This document shows positions 1 through 9,419 of a DNA stretch of 41,162 nt, piece after piece (positions within the stretch are counted from its first letter, which is position 1; every line of letters starts with the position of its first letter). The notes under the pieces were generated by a model, which was not told where the DNA came from, ran no database searches, and saw nothing but the letters and a program-made list of their open reading frames with translations. The translations under genes were made by a program, and so were the position numbers. This stretch comes from Mesobacillus sp. (GTDB lineage Bacteria > Bacillota > Bacilli > Bacillales > Cytobacillaceae), in assembly GCF_049588175.1 (NCBI RefSeq), contig NZ_JBAVFI010000111.1, forward strand, positions 1 to 41,162, read 5' to 3'.

Positions 1-15
1 CTACACCACGGGACC
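1..15 (-). tRNA. tRNA-Asp, 5' fragment (runs off the window)
   Basis: Reverse complement GGTCCCGTGGTGTAG matches the 5' end of a Bacillus tRNA-Asp type and follows tRNA-Glu in the cluster; the anticodon is outside the window. Confidence 0.7.
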
Positions 16-43
16 AATATTTATTTGAAGAAATGAAAGTAGA

Positions 44-118
44 TGGTGACCCCTACGGGATTCGAACCCGTGTTACCGCCGTGAAAGGGCGGTGTCTTAA
101 CCGCTTGACCAAGGGGCC
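44..118 (-). tRNA. tRNA-Glu(TTC)
   Basis: GGCCCCTTGGTCAAGCGG...CCCTTTCACGG...GGTTCGAATCCC...CACCA; cloverleaf, TTC anticodon, encoded CCA. Confidence 0.97.
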
Positions 119-134
119 ATTAATAAAAGTGTTC

Positions 135-225
135 TGGCGGAGAAGGAGGGATTTGAACCCTCGCGCCGGTTACCCGACCTACACCCTTAGCAGGGGCGCC
201 TCTTCAGCCTCTTGAGTACTTCCCC
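135..225 (-). tRNA. tRNA-Ser(GCT)
   Basis: GGGGAAGTACTCAAG...CCCTGCTAAGGG...long variable arm...GGTTCAAATCCC...GCCA; 91 nt. Confidence 0.97.
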
Positions 226-240
226 ATACCATAGAATTAA

Positions 241-315
241 TGGCTCCGCAGGTAGGATTCGAACCTACGACCGCTCGGTTAACAGCCGAGTGCTCTACCA
301 CTGAGCTACTGCGGA
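241..315 (-). tRNA. tRNA-Asn(GTT)
   Basis: TCCGCAGTAGCTCAGTGG...GGCTGTTAACCG...GGTTCGAATCC...GCCA. Confidence 0.97.
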
Positions 316-380
316 AAAATATTAATTGTCTTCTTAAAAGCTCTTTAGAAGACTGTGTCGCTGTCTTGTCGACTCTTACT

Positions 381-409
381 ATTATAGGTAGGTGCATAGT
401 AAAAGTCAA
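381..409 (-). promoter_or_regulatory. SigA promoter of the tRNA cluster
   Basis: TTGACT-17 bp-TATAAT with an A/T-rich UP-like tract upstream. Confidence 0.88.
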
Positions 410-457
410 GCTGGTTTTTAAAAGTTTTTCATTTGTTTTTTCCTCATTGTAAAAACG

Positions 458-934
458 CTATTCTATCAACATTTCTTTCACCTTTATCAGCTTTCCCCGA
501 CACTTTCCGCATACATATCTTTCAGTATTCATTGATCGTTTTCGGTGATACTCCATTTTACAATTGCTGCATTGATAAATGACAATTCTCTGTTGCAAAC
601 TTTTTTTCTTCTCCTCAGGCAGCATGGAGCAAAATCTCGGTGCCCCGACTTGTTTCATCAGCTCCCTGAAATCTTTATCACGATGCTTGTAGCCCTTTCC
701 CTCTAAATGAAGATGGTAATGGCATAATTCATGCTTAATGATCCCAATCAATTCCTGTTCGCCTAATTGCTCAAAGTACTTCCTGTTTATTTCAATATTA
801 TGGCTTCGCAGCATATAGCGTCCGCCTGTTGTACGGAGTCTCGGATTAAAGAACGCTCTATGCCTGAATGGCTTATGGAATTGCTCTGCAGATATTTTAA
901 CAACTAGGTTGTGTAAATGCTGATCTGTCATCAT
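458..934 (-). CDS. ydcK: SprT-like Zn metalloprotease family protein (YdcK)
   Basis: RLRTTGGRY motif, HELCH (HExxH) Zn motif, C-terminal CxxC..CxxC; start moved to MMTDQ (934 or 931); synteny. Confidence 0.9.
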   Translation of the reverse strand: MMTDQHLHNLVVKISAEQFHKPFRHRAFFNPRLRTTGGRYMLRSHNIEINRKYFEQLGEQELIGIIKHELCHYHLHLEGKGYKHRDKDFRELMKQVGAPRFCSMLPEEKKKSLQQRIVIYQCSNCKMEYHRKRSMNTERYVCGKCRGKLIKVKEMLIE

Positions 935-1026
935 AATAAAACGCCTGCCTTTTATAGAAACATGACAACCCATTATAGCATATATTAAGGATACCTTTTC
1001 TCGTATTATCTAAAGGAGGTATTGTT

Positions 1027-1140
1027 ATGCCTGTCTGGTTCCAGAATCAAATGAAACGAGCCTTCTATGAAAAAAATCGATACCAAATTAAACTGCTGAA
1101 TCAATGCTGGTTTTTTTACAGGAATAAACAAGGCTATTAG
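1027..1140 (+). CDS. cmpA: cortex morphogenetic protein CmpA (37 aa)
   Basis: Hand translation MPVWFQNQMKRAFYEKNRYQIKLLNQCWFFYRNKQGY; YQIKLLNQCW signature; AAGGAGG RBS at 1013-1019; lies between ydcK and tex as in B. subtilis. Confidence 0.93.
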   Translation: MPVWFQNQMKRAFYEKNRYQIKLLNQCWFFYRNKQGY

Positions 1141-1180
1141 TTGTTTGAAGTCTTTTGCTTTAGGCGTATTTTCCCATAAC

Positions 1181-1211
1181 AAAAGACTGCAAGAAAATCC
1201 TGCAGTCTTTT
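1181..1211. terminator. bidirectional intrinsic terminator (cmpA / tex)
   Basis: AAAAGACTGCA-9 nt-TGCAGTCTTTT between convergent genes. Confidence 0.85.
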
Positions 1212-1214
1212 CAT

Positions 1215-3395
1215 TTAAGCTTGCTCCGGCTTAAGCATAGTCAATGCTACTCGCCCTTTCTTATGGTCAACACCGTCAACCCAGACTGTTACGATGTCCC
1301 CAACTGATACGATATCCAGCGGGTGTTTAACGAATCTATTGCTAAGCTTAGAGATGTGGACCAAGCCATCCTGCTTAACACCGATATCAACAAAAGCCCC
1401 GAAGTCTACTACGTTACGGACTGTTCCTTGTAACTCCATGCCCGTTTTTAAATCCTCAAGCTTAAGAACATCTTTCTTAAGAAGTGGAGTCGGCAGTTCA
1501 TCACGAGGATCCCTTTCCGGTCTTACAAGGGCATCGATGATGTCTTTGAGTGTCAGCTTGCCAATGCCAAGATCGTTCGCAGTCTGATCGATATTGATTT
1601 TGGCTAATGCCTCTTTTAACGCAGCACTTCCTAAATCACGTGTTTTAAAACCAAGGCTGTCTAGCAGCTGCTTCACTTCTCCATAGCTTTCCGGGTGGAT
1701 GCCAGTTCGGTCCAGCGGCTCTTTACCTTCTATTACTCTTAGGAAGCCGATTGCCTGCTCATAAGTTTTGGCGCCTAGGCGAGGGATTTTTTTAAGCTGC
1801 GCTCTGCTTGTGAATTTCCCTTCTTCTTCACGCTTTTTAACAATGTTATTGGCTACAGTCTTTGAAAGACCTGAAACATATTGCAGTAAAGAAGATGACG
1901 CAGTATTTACATTCACCCCTACCTGGTTAACAGCTGTCTCGACCACAAATGTCAAAGATTCGGAGAGTTTCTTCTGCCCGACATCATGCTGGTACTGTCC
2001 GACACCTACTGATTTAGGGTCAATTTTAACAAGTTCAGCCAGTGGATCCTGCAAACGGCGCGCGATTGAAACTGCGCTTCGCTCTTCTACCTGGTAGTTC
2101 GGGAATTCTTCACGTGCAAGGTCTGATGCCGAATACACACTCGCCCCTGCTTCATTGACAATCAGGTAATAAATTTCTGTATCTAATTCCTTCAGGATAT
2201 CAGATACGAATTGTTCTGTTTCCCTGGAAGCTGTACCGTTACCGATTGCCACCATTTCGACATTATAATCCTTCAGTACTTTTATGAATTTCTCGCGGGC
2301 TTCGGTGCTTTTCGAACTGGAAGTATGCGGGTAAATAACACCGATTGATAGAACCTTCCCTGTTTCATCTACCGCAGCTAGCTTGCAGCCGGTCCTGAAC
2401 GCTGGGTCCACCCCGAGGACAACTTTTCCTTTTAACGGCGGCTGAAGCAGCAGTTTCCTCAGATTTTCCGAAAAGATGTGGATGGCCTGTTCTTCTGCTT
2501 TTTCCGTAAGTTCATTCCTGATTTCACGCTCAATGGACGGCTGGATTAGCCGCTTATAGGCATCCTCTATTGCTTCTATTATCGCTGATGTTGTAATAGC
2601 ATGCTCTTTTTTTACCCATTTACGTTGAAGGAAGTTCATGATTAAATCCGTTTTGGGTTTAATCGAGACCCTTAAGAGCTCCTCTTTCTCACCGCGATTA
2701 AGGGCAAGAATTCTGTGGGGCACAACCTTGTTTACCGGCTCTGAATATTCATAGTACATCTCATACACTTTTTTCTCATCCAACTCTTCATTCTTTACCG
2801 CAGATTCAATGGAACCGGATTTGAATGTTTCGCTGCGGATCCACTTCCTGCTGTCAGCATCATCGGAAACCATTTCAGCAATGATATCCTTTGCCCCAGC
2901 AATTGCTTCCTCGGCAGATGTTACACCTTTTTCATCTGATAAAAATTCAGCCGCTTTTTGTTCGAGGCTGCCGTTCACCGGAAACTCGAGCATCCATAAG
3001 GCAAGAGGTTCGAGACCTTTCTCCTTCGCAACTGTTGCTTTCGTTCTCCGTTTTTGTTTGTAGGGACGATACAAATCTTCTACTTCCTGGAGCTTGATTG
3101 CTTTTTCAATGCTTGTCCTAAGTTCTTCCGTCAACTTTTCCTGTTCATCGATCAGCCTGATGACTTCTTCTTTGCGCTGCTCTAAGTTCTGTATGTATTG
3201 CCATCTTTCAACTATGTCCCGAATTTGCACTTCATCAAGCGCACCGGTCATTTCTTTCCGATAGCGGGCAATGAACGGGACAGTATTCCCTTCATTAATG
3301 AGAGATATTACGCTCTGCACTTGTTTAGATGTTATTGATTGCTCTTTGGCAATGATACTTACGTATTGATCCTGCTTTTCCATCGTTTGATTCAA
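1215..3395 (-). CDS. tex: Tex family RNA-binding transcription accessory protein
   Basis: TVPFIARYRKE, GVDPAFRTGCK YqgF-like domain, HhH motifs, C-terminal S1 domain (NVVDFGAFVDIG); TTG start with GGAGG RBS. Confidence 0.96.
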   Translation of the reverse strand: MNQTMEKQDQYVSIIAKEQSITSKQVQSVISLINEGNTVPFIARYRKEMTGALDEVQIRDIVERWQYIQNLEQRKEEVIRLIDEQEKLTEELRTSIEKAIKLQEVEDLYRPYKQKRRTKATVAKEKGLEPLALWMLEFPVNGSLEQKAAEFLSDEKGVTSAEEAIAGAKDIIAEMVSDDADSRKWIRSETFKSGSIESAVKNEELDEKKVYEMYYEYSEPVNKVVPHRILALNRGEKEELLRVSIKPKTDLIMNFLQRKWVKKEHAITTSAIIEAIEDAYKRLIQPSIEREIRNELTEKAEEQAIHIFSENLRKLLLQPPLKGKVVLGVDPAFRTGCKLAAVDETGKVLSIGVIYPHTSSSKSTEAREKFIKVLKDYNVEMVAIGNGTASRETEQFVSDILKELDTEIYYLIVNEAGASVYSASDLAREEFPNYQVEERSAVSIARRLQDPLAELVKIDPKSVGVGQYQHDVGQKKLSESLTFVVETAVNQVGVNVNTASSSLLQYVSGLSKTVANNIVKKREEEGKFTSRAQLKKIPRLGAKTYEQAIGFLRVIEGKEPLDRTGIHPESYGEVKQLLDSLGFKTRDLGSAALKEALAKINIDQTANDLGIGKLTLKDIIDALVRPERDPRDELPTPLLKKDVLKLEDLKTGMELQGTVRNVVDFGAFVDIGVKQDGLVHISKLSNRFVKHPLDIVSVGDIVTVWVDGVDHKKGRVALTMLKPEQA

Positions 3396-3589
3396 GAGTC
3401 AATCCTCCATATCTTTATTGGATAAGTGATTTTCTTATCCCTCATTATAGTGTACCAAAATTGCTACTGTGTTTATAGGGAGTAGTAAGGAGGTTGGTTA
3501 CTCGGTATTAATTCGCATGTTATTACGCTTCTATCGCTTTACCATTATGTACTGTCATAATTCTTCCTATTTAATTGCTCAATTTGGAT

Positions 3590-3912
3590 TTTTGGTAACA
3601 GCATTGAGATTTCTCTTACCGTTTTTCAGCTGCACCTTGTCATACGGGCATAACTTCATCTTTTCTGTACCCTTTTCCTACTTCACAACAAATTTCGGTA
3701 ACAGCTTCCCTCTTTCTCTTCCCCTTTTTCAGCCACACCTTGATTTTCGGGCACAACTTCCCCTTTTCTGTTACCCTTTTTCTACTCACGATCAAATTCC
3801 GGTAACAGCTTTCCTTTTTCTCTTCCCCTTTTTCAGCCACACCCTGAAATTCGGGCACAACCTCCTCTTTTCTGTTACCCTTTTTCTACTCACAATCAAA
3901 TTCCGGTAACAA
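3590..3912. repeat. degenerate tandem repeat, about 3 copies of a 104-bp unit built of two 52-bp halves
   Basis: GGTAACA anchors at 3594, 3697, 3801, 3905; CGGGCAYAAC at 3645, 3748, 3852; strongly pyrimidine-rich plus strand. Confidence 0.88.
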
Positions 3913-3994
3913 AATCACCTATCCAGAACTTCAAGACCAACTCAAACATACTAAATCCCTAAACTCCCGCAAAAAACAAAAAGAAGCCCACTGG

Positions 3995-4591
3995 CTATAG
4001 TAGACTTCCCACAATAAAAGTTGCATCATCCATTGAATTTTCGTAATCGCTTTTTATTTGTTCTGCGATGGCTGCTACTGATCTGTAACCCTTCAATAAA
4101 GATTTTGCCCCGTGGATATCAAAACCATCTGAGTAAATCAGGAACTTTGATTCCGGTTCAAAAACGAATCTTTGGGTGTGAAATACTTGCGGCTTTCCTG
4201 ACAAATATCCTGTTACCGGCAATGGATATGTCAGTTTGCCGTTTGGTGAATAGAGGAAGAATCGGATATTCCCGACACAGCTGTAGACGAATTCGTTTGT
4301 ACCGAAAAAAACCTTGAAAATCGATACAGCTGCTCCCCTTTTTTGCACCAATATATTGTTGCAGTACTTCATAAGAGTATCGACATCTTCATGATGGTGT
4401 TCCTCTACTACAGCCACAACCGCCGCAGAAGCTTCGTGTGCGTATTGCCCAGACCCTAACCCATCAGCTACCACACAGACAAAATAATCATCGGTGGCAG
4501 TATAGTAATAGCTGTCACCGCACTCTAATTTACCTTCTTTAATTGTCTGGTAAGCATAAAGTTCAATTTTGTCGTTGAACTGTTGGATCAT
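3995..4591 (-). CDS. rsbX: PP2C serine phosphatase RsbX
   Basis: CGDS, ADGLGSG, SDG and DDAT motifs; directly after sigB. Confidence 0.95.
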   Translation of the reverse strand: MIQQFNDKIELYAYQTIKEGKLECGDSYYYTATDDYFVCVVADGLGSGQYAHEASAAVVAVVEEHHHEDVDTLMKYCNNILVQKRGAAVSIFKVFFGTNEFVYSCVGNIRFFLYSPNGKLTYPLPVTGYLSGKPQVFHTQRFVFEPESKFLIYSDGFDIHGAKSLLKGYRSVAAIAEQIKSDYENSMDDATFIVGSLL

Positions 4592-5382
4592 GTAATATAC
4601 TCCGAATTATTGTTTTCTGCATGAATTGCTTCTTGTAGCTTCTTGATGGCTCTTCTTTGAAGTCGTGATACATGCATTTGTGATATTCCCAGCTTGTCTC
4701 CTGCTTCCTTTTGGCTCAGGTTATCAAGGTAGGTATATTGGATAATTAACTTTTCTCTTTCACTCAGTACATGGAGTACTTTTTCGAGAACCATTCTTTG
4801 ATTGATTTTTTCATAGCCTTCATCAATATTCCCGACGATATCTAACAGAGTGACAGTTCCTCCATCAGAATCAGCTTCAATGGAATGGTCGACCGATAAT
4901 GCCTGGTAGCTTTTGCCCATCTCCATAGCTTCCAAAATTTCTTCCTCAGAAACCTGAAGAACTTCCGCTATTTCGTCCACTCTTGGAGAGCGGTGCAGCT
5001 GTGTCGTCAAATCTTCGACTGTTGTCTTGATTTTCGGACCAAGCTCTTTGATTCTGCGCGGTACATGGACACTCCACGTTTTATCTCGTAAAAATCTCTT
5101 GATTTCACCAATGACGGTTGGTACAGCAAAGGCCTCAAAGCTTTTGCCAAACGTTTCATCGTATCGGCGGATTGCGCCTAAAAGTCCGATCATTCCCACC
5201 TGAAAAATATCCTCATGGAACGACCTTCCTTTTGAATATTTACGGGCGATTGTTTCAACCAGATTTTGATAATGGAGAACCAACTCATTTTGAGCTTCGG
5301 CGTCCTCGTGAAGCTGGTATGCTTTGATTAATTGATTAATCTCTTCTTTTGGACGTTGCTTAGGTTGAGATTGTCTCTGCAT
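4588..5382 (-). CDS. sigB: RNA polymerase sigma factor SigB
   Basis: FEAFAVPTVIGEIKRFLRDKTWSVHVPRRIKE; region 4 SQMHVSRLQRRA; rsb operon context. Confidence 0.97.
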   Translation of the reverse strand: MQRQSQPKQRPKEEINQLIKAYQLHEDAEAQNELVLHYQNLVETIARKYSKGRSFHEDIFQVGMIGLLGAIRRYDETFGKSFEAFAVPTVIGEIKRFLRDKTWSVHVPRRIKELGPKIKTTVEDLTTQLHRSPRVDEIAEVLQVSEEEILEAMEMGKSYQALSVDHSIEADSDGGTVTLLDIVGNIDEGYEKINQRMVLEKVLHVLSEREKLIIQYTYLDNLSQKEAGDKLGISQMHVSRLQRRAIKKLQEAIHAENNNSEYIT

Positions 5383-5833
5383 CTCTCTCCACCTGCTCTC
5401 CTTCTCGGTACTTGGTCATGAAGACCGTGACACCCTCTTTGTGATGAATTCGAACCTCATCCATTAAGGTTTCAATCAGATACAGTCCCAAGCCTCCTTC
5501 GCGAAGGAATTCTACAGAACTATTTTGATCGTAAGGACCAAGCCCCTGGCGCGCCGAATGGAAATCAAAGCTCTGGCCATTATCTGCAACCATTACTTCA
5601 AGTCGGTCTTCATATAATCCAAAACCGATGATCACTTCGCCATTTTCATTATTCTTATATGCGTGCTGTACCGCATTCGTACAAGCTTCACTTGTCGCAA
5701 TCTTCAAATCTTCTATCTCGTCATATGAAAAACCCATGCGGCTTGCGATCCCGGAAAGCGTGAGGCGGATTACGCCAACAAATTCCGGTTTAGCCGGGAT
5801 TTTCATTTCTATATAGTCAAACGCCTGGTTCAT
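5360..5833 (-). CDS. rsbW: anti-sigma B factor kinase RsbW
   Basis: IPAKPEFVG, SEACTNAVQHAY, EGGLGLYLI. Confidence 0.97.
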   Translation of the reverse strand: MNQAFDYIEMKIPAKPEFVGVIRLTLSGIASRMGFSYDEIEDLKIATSEACTNAVQHAYKNNENGEVIIGFGLYEDRLEVMVADNGQSFDFHSARQGLGPYDQNSSVEFLREGGLGLYLIETLMDEVRIHHKEGVTVFMTKYREGEQVERDAETIST

Positions 5834-6162
5834 TGCACTCCACCCTCAATCTGGCTGTTTATATCGATAATATCGGCCAAGCCGGTAATTTCGAAAAGTC
5901 TCTGCAAACGCTCGGATAAACCGACGATTTTGAACTCCCCGTTATGGGCTCGGACATTTTTAAATACTCCTACAAACACTCCCAGCCCAGTACTATCCAT
6001 ATAATTGACCTCAGAAAGATCCACAACCATTTTTACGCCCTCTTTTTCGGACAAAGGGAAGAGTTTTTCCCGTAGCTGTGGTGCTGTATACGCATCAATT
6101 TCACCATTAACCTTAACTGCTAACACAGATTCTGTATCTTTAACATCTATTGAAATATTCAT
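5830..6162 (-). CDS. rsbV: anti-anti-sigma factor RsbV
   Basis: STAS domain GEIDAYTAP, YMDSTGLG phosphoacceptor Ser. Confidence 0.97.
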   Translation of the reverse strand: MNISIDVKDTESVLAVKVNGEIDAYTAPQLREKLFPLSEKEGVKMVVDLSEVNYMDSTGLGVFVGVFKNVRAHNGEFKIVGLSERLQRLFEITGLADIIDINSQIEGGVQ

Positions 6163-6200
6163 AACTGACCCACCCTTTACAATTCAATTGCTCTTTAGAT

Positions 6201-6226
6201 TTACCCGGTTCGGAACCGAATTAAAC
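6201..6226 (-). promoter_or_regulatory. SigB promoter of rsbV-rsbW-sigB-rsbX
   Basis: GTTTAA-14 bp-GGGTAA; the -35 overlaps the rsbU stop codon; canonical autoregulatory position. Confidence 0.9.
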
Positions 6227-7231
6227 CTCTCTTTTTAAAATAATTAAGGTAAAATCATCACGCAATTGGAAATGCTGAAGTTTTTCGAGTTCCCTAAAGA
6301 TATTATTGACAATTTCCTGAGCATTTAAGTGAATATATTTATTAATATATCCGATTAATGTTTCCTTTTCGATGAATCCCTCTTCCGTCCTGCACTCTGT
6401 AACTCCATCAGACATCAAGATCACCATATCCCCAGCATGAATCTCTTTTTCATACTGGATATATTTCGTCCGTTTGTCTACTCCGAGTAGCAAACCTCTT
6501 GCCGTGAGCTCTGTGAATTCCTTGGTCACAGAATCATAATAAAAACCAGGCTCGTGTCCGGCAGAAGCATAATAGAAGATATTATTGTCTGGATTAAACA
6601 TTCCGTAAAACATCGTGATAAACATACTTGGATCAACGTTCTGCTCAACAACCCTATTCAGGTTTTCGAGTATGCTGCTAGGGTCAAGACGATTTTCCGG
6701 CAGACTGTCCATTGCATACTTGATCATGGACATGCATAGTGCGGCCGGAATCCCTTTTCCAATAACATCCGCAATCGCAACACTTATATTATTGTTTTCA
6801 TCTTGGACGAAATGGAAATAGTCACCATTCATATGCTTAGCAGGTACGCTGATCGCACCAATATCGAGACCTGGAACTGTAGGGATTTTTGTCCCCAGCA
6901 GTGTTTGCTGCACATTAGCCGCAATTTCCATTTCCGATCTTAATTCCTCCTGCTGGTGCCTCAAACTTTGGTGTTCTCTGTAAGCAATACCATAGCCGAT
7001 CATGACCTCAAGGAGAATGTCAAAGGAATGCATGATATCTTCCGGAAGTTCAGGATACATCTCAAGAAGCAAGCTTTTATGAAGGCTAATGATCTCTTCC
7101 GGTGCGATTTTGTGCTCAATCGACTTACGGCTGAATTTTTGACCTGCATATAATGCTTGTTCTGATTGCTCTTTAATATAATTGTCAAGAATATCCCGAT
7201 ACTTTGATTCCATCATTTCTCGGAATTCCAT
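6221..7231 (-). CDS. rsbU: PP2C phosphatase RsbU
   Basis: RsbU N-domain (APEEIISLH), GDY, ADVIGKG, SAGHEP, SDGVTE, DDFT; start set at MEFREM after a GGGG RBS. Confidence 0.95.
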   Translation of the reverse strand: MEFREMMESKYRDILDNYIKEQSEQALYAGQKFSRKSIEHKIAPEEIISLHKSLLLEMYPELPEDIMHSFDILLEVMIGYGIAYREHQSLRHQQEELRSEMEIAANVQQTLLGTKIPTVPGLDIGAISVPAKHMNGDYFHFVQDENNNISVAIADVIGKGIPAALCMSMIKYAMDSLPENRLDPSSILENLNRVVEQNVDPSMFITMFYGMFNPDNNIFYYASAGHEPGFYYDSVTKEFTELTARGLLLGVDKRTKYIQYEKEIHAGDMVILMSDGVTECRTEEGFIEKETLIGYINKYIHLNAQEIVNNIFRELEKLQHFQLRDDFTLIILKREV

Positions 7232-7242
7232 ACTGTTTCCCC

Positions 7243-7644
7243 CTATCGGAGCCATTTAGATGCTCTTATCTGTGTTCCTTGTCCTGGAGTTGACTCAATA
7301 TCGAATTCGTCCATGAGTCTTTTTACTCCTGGAAGGCCGGCTCCAAGTCCTCCTGATGTAGAAAAGCCATCTTCCATGACCTGGCGAATTTCTTTTATAC
7401 CTGGGCCACTATCCACTGCATTGATTCGCAATCCCACTTTTCCGCCGTCGTACAATTTGTCGATGCAAATTTGTCCTTTCCCAGCATACAAGTATATATT
7501 CCTTGCCAATTCACTGATGGCGGTTGTGATTCTGGCCTGGTCAACGGTGCCAAAGCCAAGCTCTTTCGCAACATTCCGGCCAAGCTGGCGCGCTGCAACG
7601 ATGTCCCATTCATTTATGATCGTAACGCAGGATTGGATGTCCAT
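7243..7644 (-). CDS. rsbT: stressosome kinase RsbT
   Basis: DQARITTAISELARNI, D.GPGI, GLGAGLPGVKRLMDEF. Confidence 0.97.
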   Translation of the reverse strand: MDIQSCVTIINEWDIVAARQLGRNVAKELGFGTVDQARITTAISELARNIYLYAGKGQICIDKLYDGGKVGLRINAVDSGPGIKEIRQVMEDGFSTSGGLGAGLPGVKRLMDEFDIESTPGQGTQIRASKWLR

Positions 7645-7648
7645 TCAC

Positions 7649-8005
7649 CTATTCCCCCAATTCCTGTTGTAATTTCTCCAAACCTTTTTCTAAATCTAAT
7701 GCAGTTAGGACATCATCAAGGCTGATCCCTAATTCAATTAGCGTTATGGCAACAGCAGGCTGGATTCCGGTAATGACAACAATAGCGCCCATAAGCTTGG
7801 ACATATTGATTACGTCCCCAAGAACTTTAGCAATAAACGAGTCAATGAAGTCTATCGATGTTAAATCAATGACCACGCCATTGGCGCTTGTTTCATGTAT
7901 CTTATGGAGCAAATCCTCTTGGAATTGAAGAGCAGTCTGGTCGTCTAGCTCCCATTGAATGGAGACCAATAGACAATCATTCAGCTTAAGGATAGGTATT
8001 CTCAC
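7649..8005 (-). CDS. rsbS: stressosome STAS protein RsbS
   Basis: [25 protein letters not shown]. Confidence 0.97.
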   Translation of the reverse strand: MRIPILKLNDCLLVSIQWELDDQTALQFQEDLLHKIHETSANGVVIDLTSIDFIDSFIAKVLGDVINMSKLMGAIVVITGIQPAVAITLIELGISLDDVLTALDLEKGLEKLQQELGE

Positions 8006-8835
8006 TTTGCTCCCCCCATAGAAACAATTTTTTTATTTGTCAGCTCGAGAGCTGCTTCAATACCTTTTTTCAGGTTATTCTTAGTTGTAAACTGGTTTAA
8101 ATCAATACCCAGATTCACGATTGTCTGTGCGATTTCAGGACGGATCCCTACGAGCATGCACTTAGCACCAATCAGCCTGACCGCATCCGCAGCCTGGATA
8201 ATATGATGGGCTACCATCGTATCGACAACTGGAACTCCAGTAATATCAATGAGGACAACTTCGGAACGATGCTTGACAGCACCCTTCAGCAGGTTTTCCA
8301 TAATTTGTTTTGCGCGTTCAGTATCGATAGTACCTACAAGCGGCATTACCGTTATCCCTTCGAAAACCGGAATTAATGGTGCCGAAAGCTCCTGAAGGGC
8401 AATCTTTTGCAAGGAAACCGTTCTTTCCCACGTAGATGAATACACACTGACAATTTCATTATTCATGGGCGTTGCCCAACGGTCGAATTCGTAGATGACT
8501 TCCATCTGGTTGTCCTTTGTTACGATCCCTTCCTTTTGCATGCCATCAAAAACAATTAAGTTAAAAGTATGGAGCCCCTTGGTCACGAATGTCAAAGGCC
8601 AGCCAAGCCTGACGACCTTTTCAGCAAAATCCGTCAGTTTGTTATGGTATTCTTCATTCGAACCTTTAAAATTTGAAATGATCAAGTCGATGAATTCTTT
8701 GCTAGTGGCATTAAAAACCCGGTCTGATACAAGGCGTATCACTCGTTCATCGGCTTCTTCCTTTGTTCTATTTATCCATTCATCCAGAATCTCCTGCTTA
8801 TGAGACTGAATGTAATTTGAAATTGTATTGTTCAT
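8002..8835 (-). CDS. rsbR: stressosome protein RsbR (RsbRA)
   Basis: N-terminal sensor domain plus STAS ([27 protein letters not shown]) with both Thr phosphosites. Confidence 0.96.
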   Translation of the reverse strand: MNNTISNYIQSHKQEILDEWINRTKEEADERVIRLVSDRVFNATSKEFIDLIISNFKGSNEEYHNKLTDFAEKVVRLGWPLTFVTKGLHTFNLIVFDGMQKEGIVTKDNQMEVIYEFDRWATPMNNEIVSVYSSTWERTVSLQKIALQELSAPLIPVFEGITVMPLVGTIDTERAKQIMENLLKGAVKHRSEVVLIDITGVPVVDTMVAHHIIQAADAVRLIGAKCMLVGIRPEIAQTIVNLGIDLNQFTTKNNLKKGIEAALELTNKKIVSMGGAK

Positions 8836-8871
8836 TCCATCCTCCCCATTCTATCACACAAAAATTTTATA

Positions 8872-8897
8872 TTACCCTCTTCCGACCAAATGTAAAC
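8872..8897 (-). promoter_or_regulatory. candidate SigB-type (or SigF-type) promoter upstream of rsbR
   Basis: GTTTAC-14 bp-GGGTAA(TATA), 36 bp before the ATG. Confidence 0.6.
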
Positions 8898-9245
8898 CAA
8901 TCTTAAAAATGTAAAAAATTATTCATAAATTCAATGTTTATATATCTCCATTTAATGATAACAGTTTGCGTTCGTCAAATAAAATCAACTTCTCGACAAT
9001 GCTATTGGCTTAAAATTGTCACCATTTGACATAATCAGTGCCAAAGCGATTTTTGTAAGAAAAAAAACCAACTGAGAACGGTTTCATTACAAGGGCAGCC
9101 AGAGTATAAAGTGCATTAAAAAAACGCCTCATAAATGCTGCCTAATGGACAAAAGTTATTCTTACTATTCCTTATTATTCAGCATTCTATTTTTACCGGA
9201 TAAAATTTACTGTTTAATCATCACCGAACGACCGCACTTCCACTC

Positions 9246-9290
9246 ATTAACGCGACGGGGGTCTGACCCCCAGTGCTTTAATGCGTTAAT
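9246..9290. repeat. REP-like palindromic element, copy 1
   Basis: ATTAACGC...GGGGG-TCTGA-CCCCC...GCGTTAAT; related copies near 21792 and 41090. Confidence 0.8.
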
Positions 9291-9313
9291 TTGTTTACTG
9301 ATGAAAATTCAAT

Positions 9314-9345
9314 AAAAAAAGAGGCAAGCTTTCATAGCTTGCCTC
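9314..9345 (-). terminator. intrinsic terminator
   Basis: GAGGCAAGCT-5 nt-AGCTTGCCTC followed by T7 on the minus strand. Confidence 0.8.
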
Positions 9346-9419
9346 CACACAGAACACATCCGTTTTATTTTTTTCGTTATGTAAAGGACCTGGAGTCCAG
9401 GCCTAATGCTTGCAGTTAC

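Noticed and set aside
33..452. ORFs 33..215, 179..409 and 240..452
   Set aside because: They overlap tRNA genes; shadow ORFs
3469..3909. 146-aa plus-strand and 72-aa minus-strand ORFs
   Set aside because: Products of the skewed tandem repeat; no RBS, no family resemblance, period not a multiple of 3
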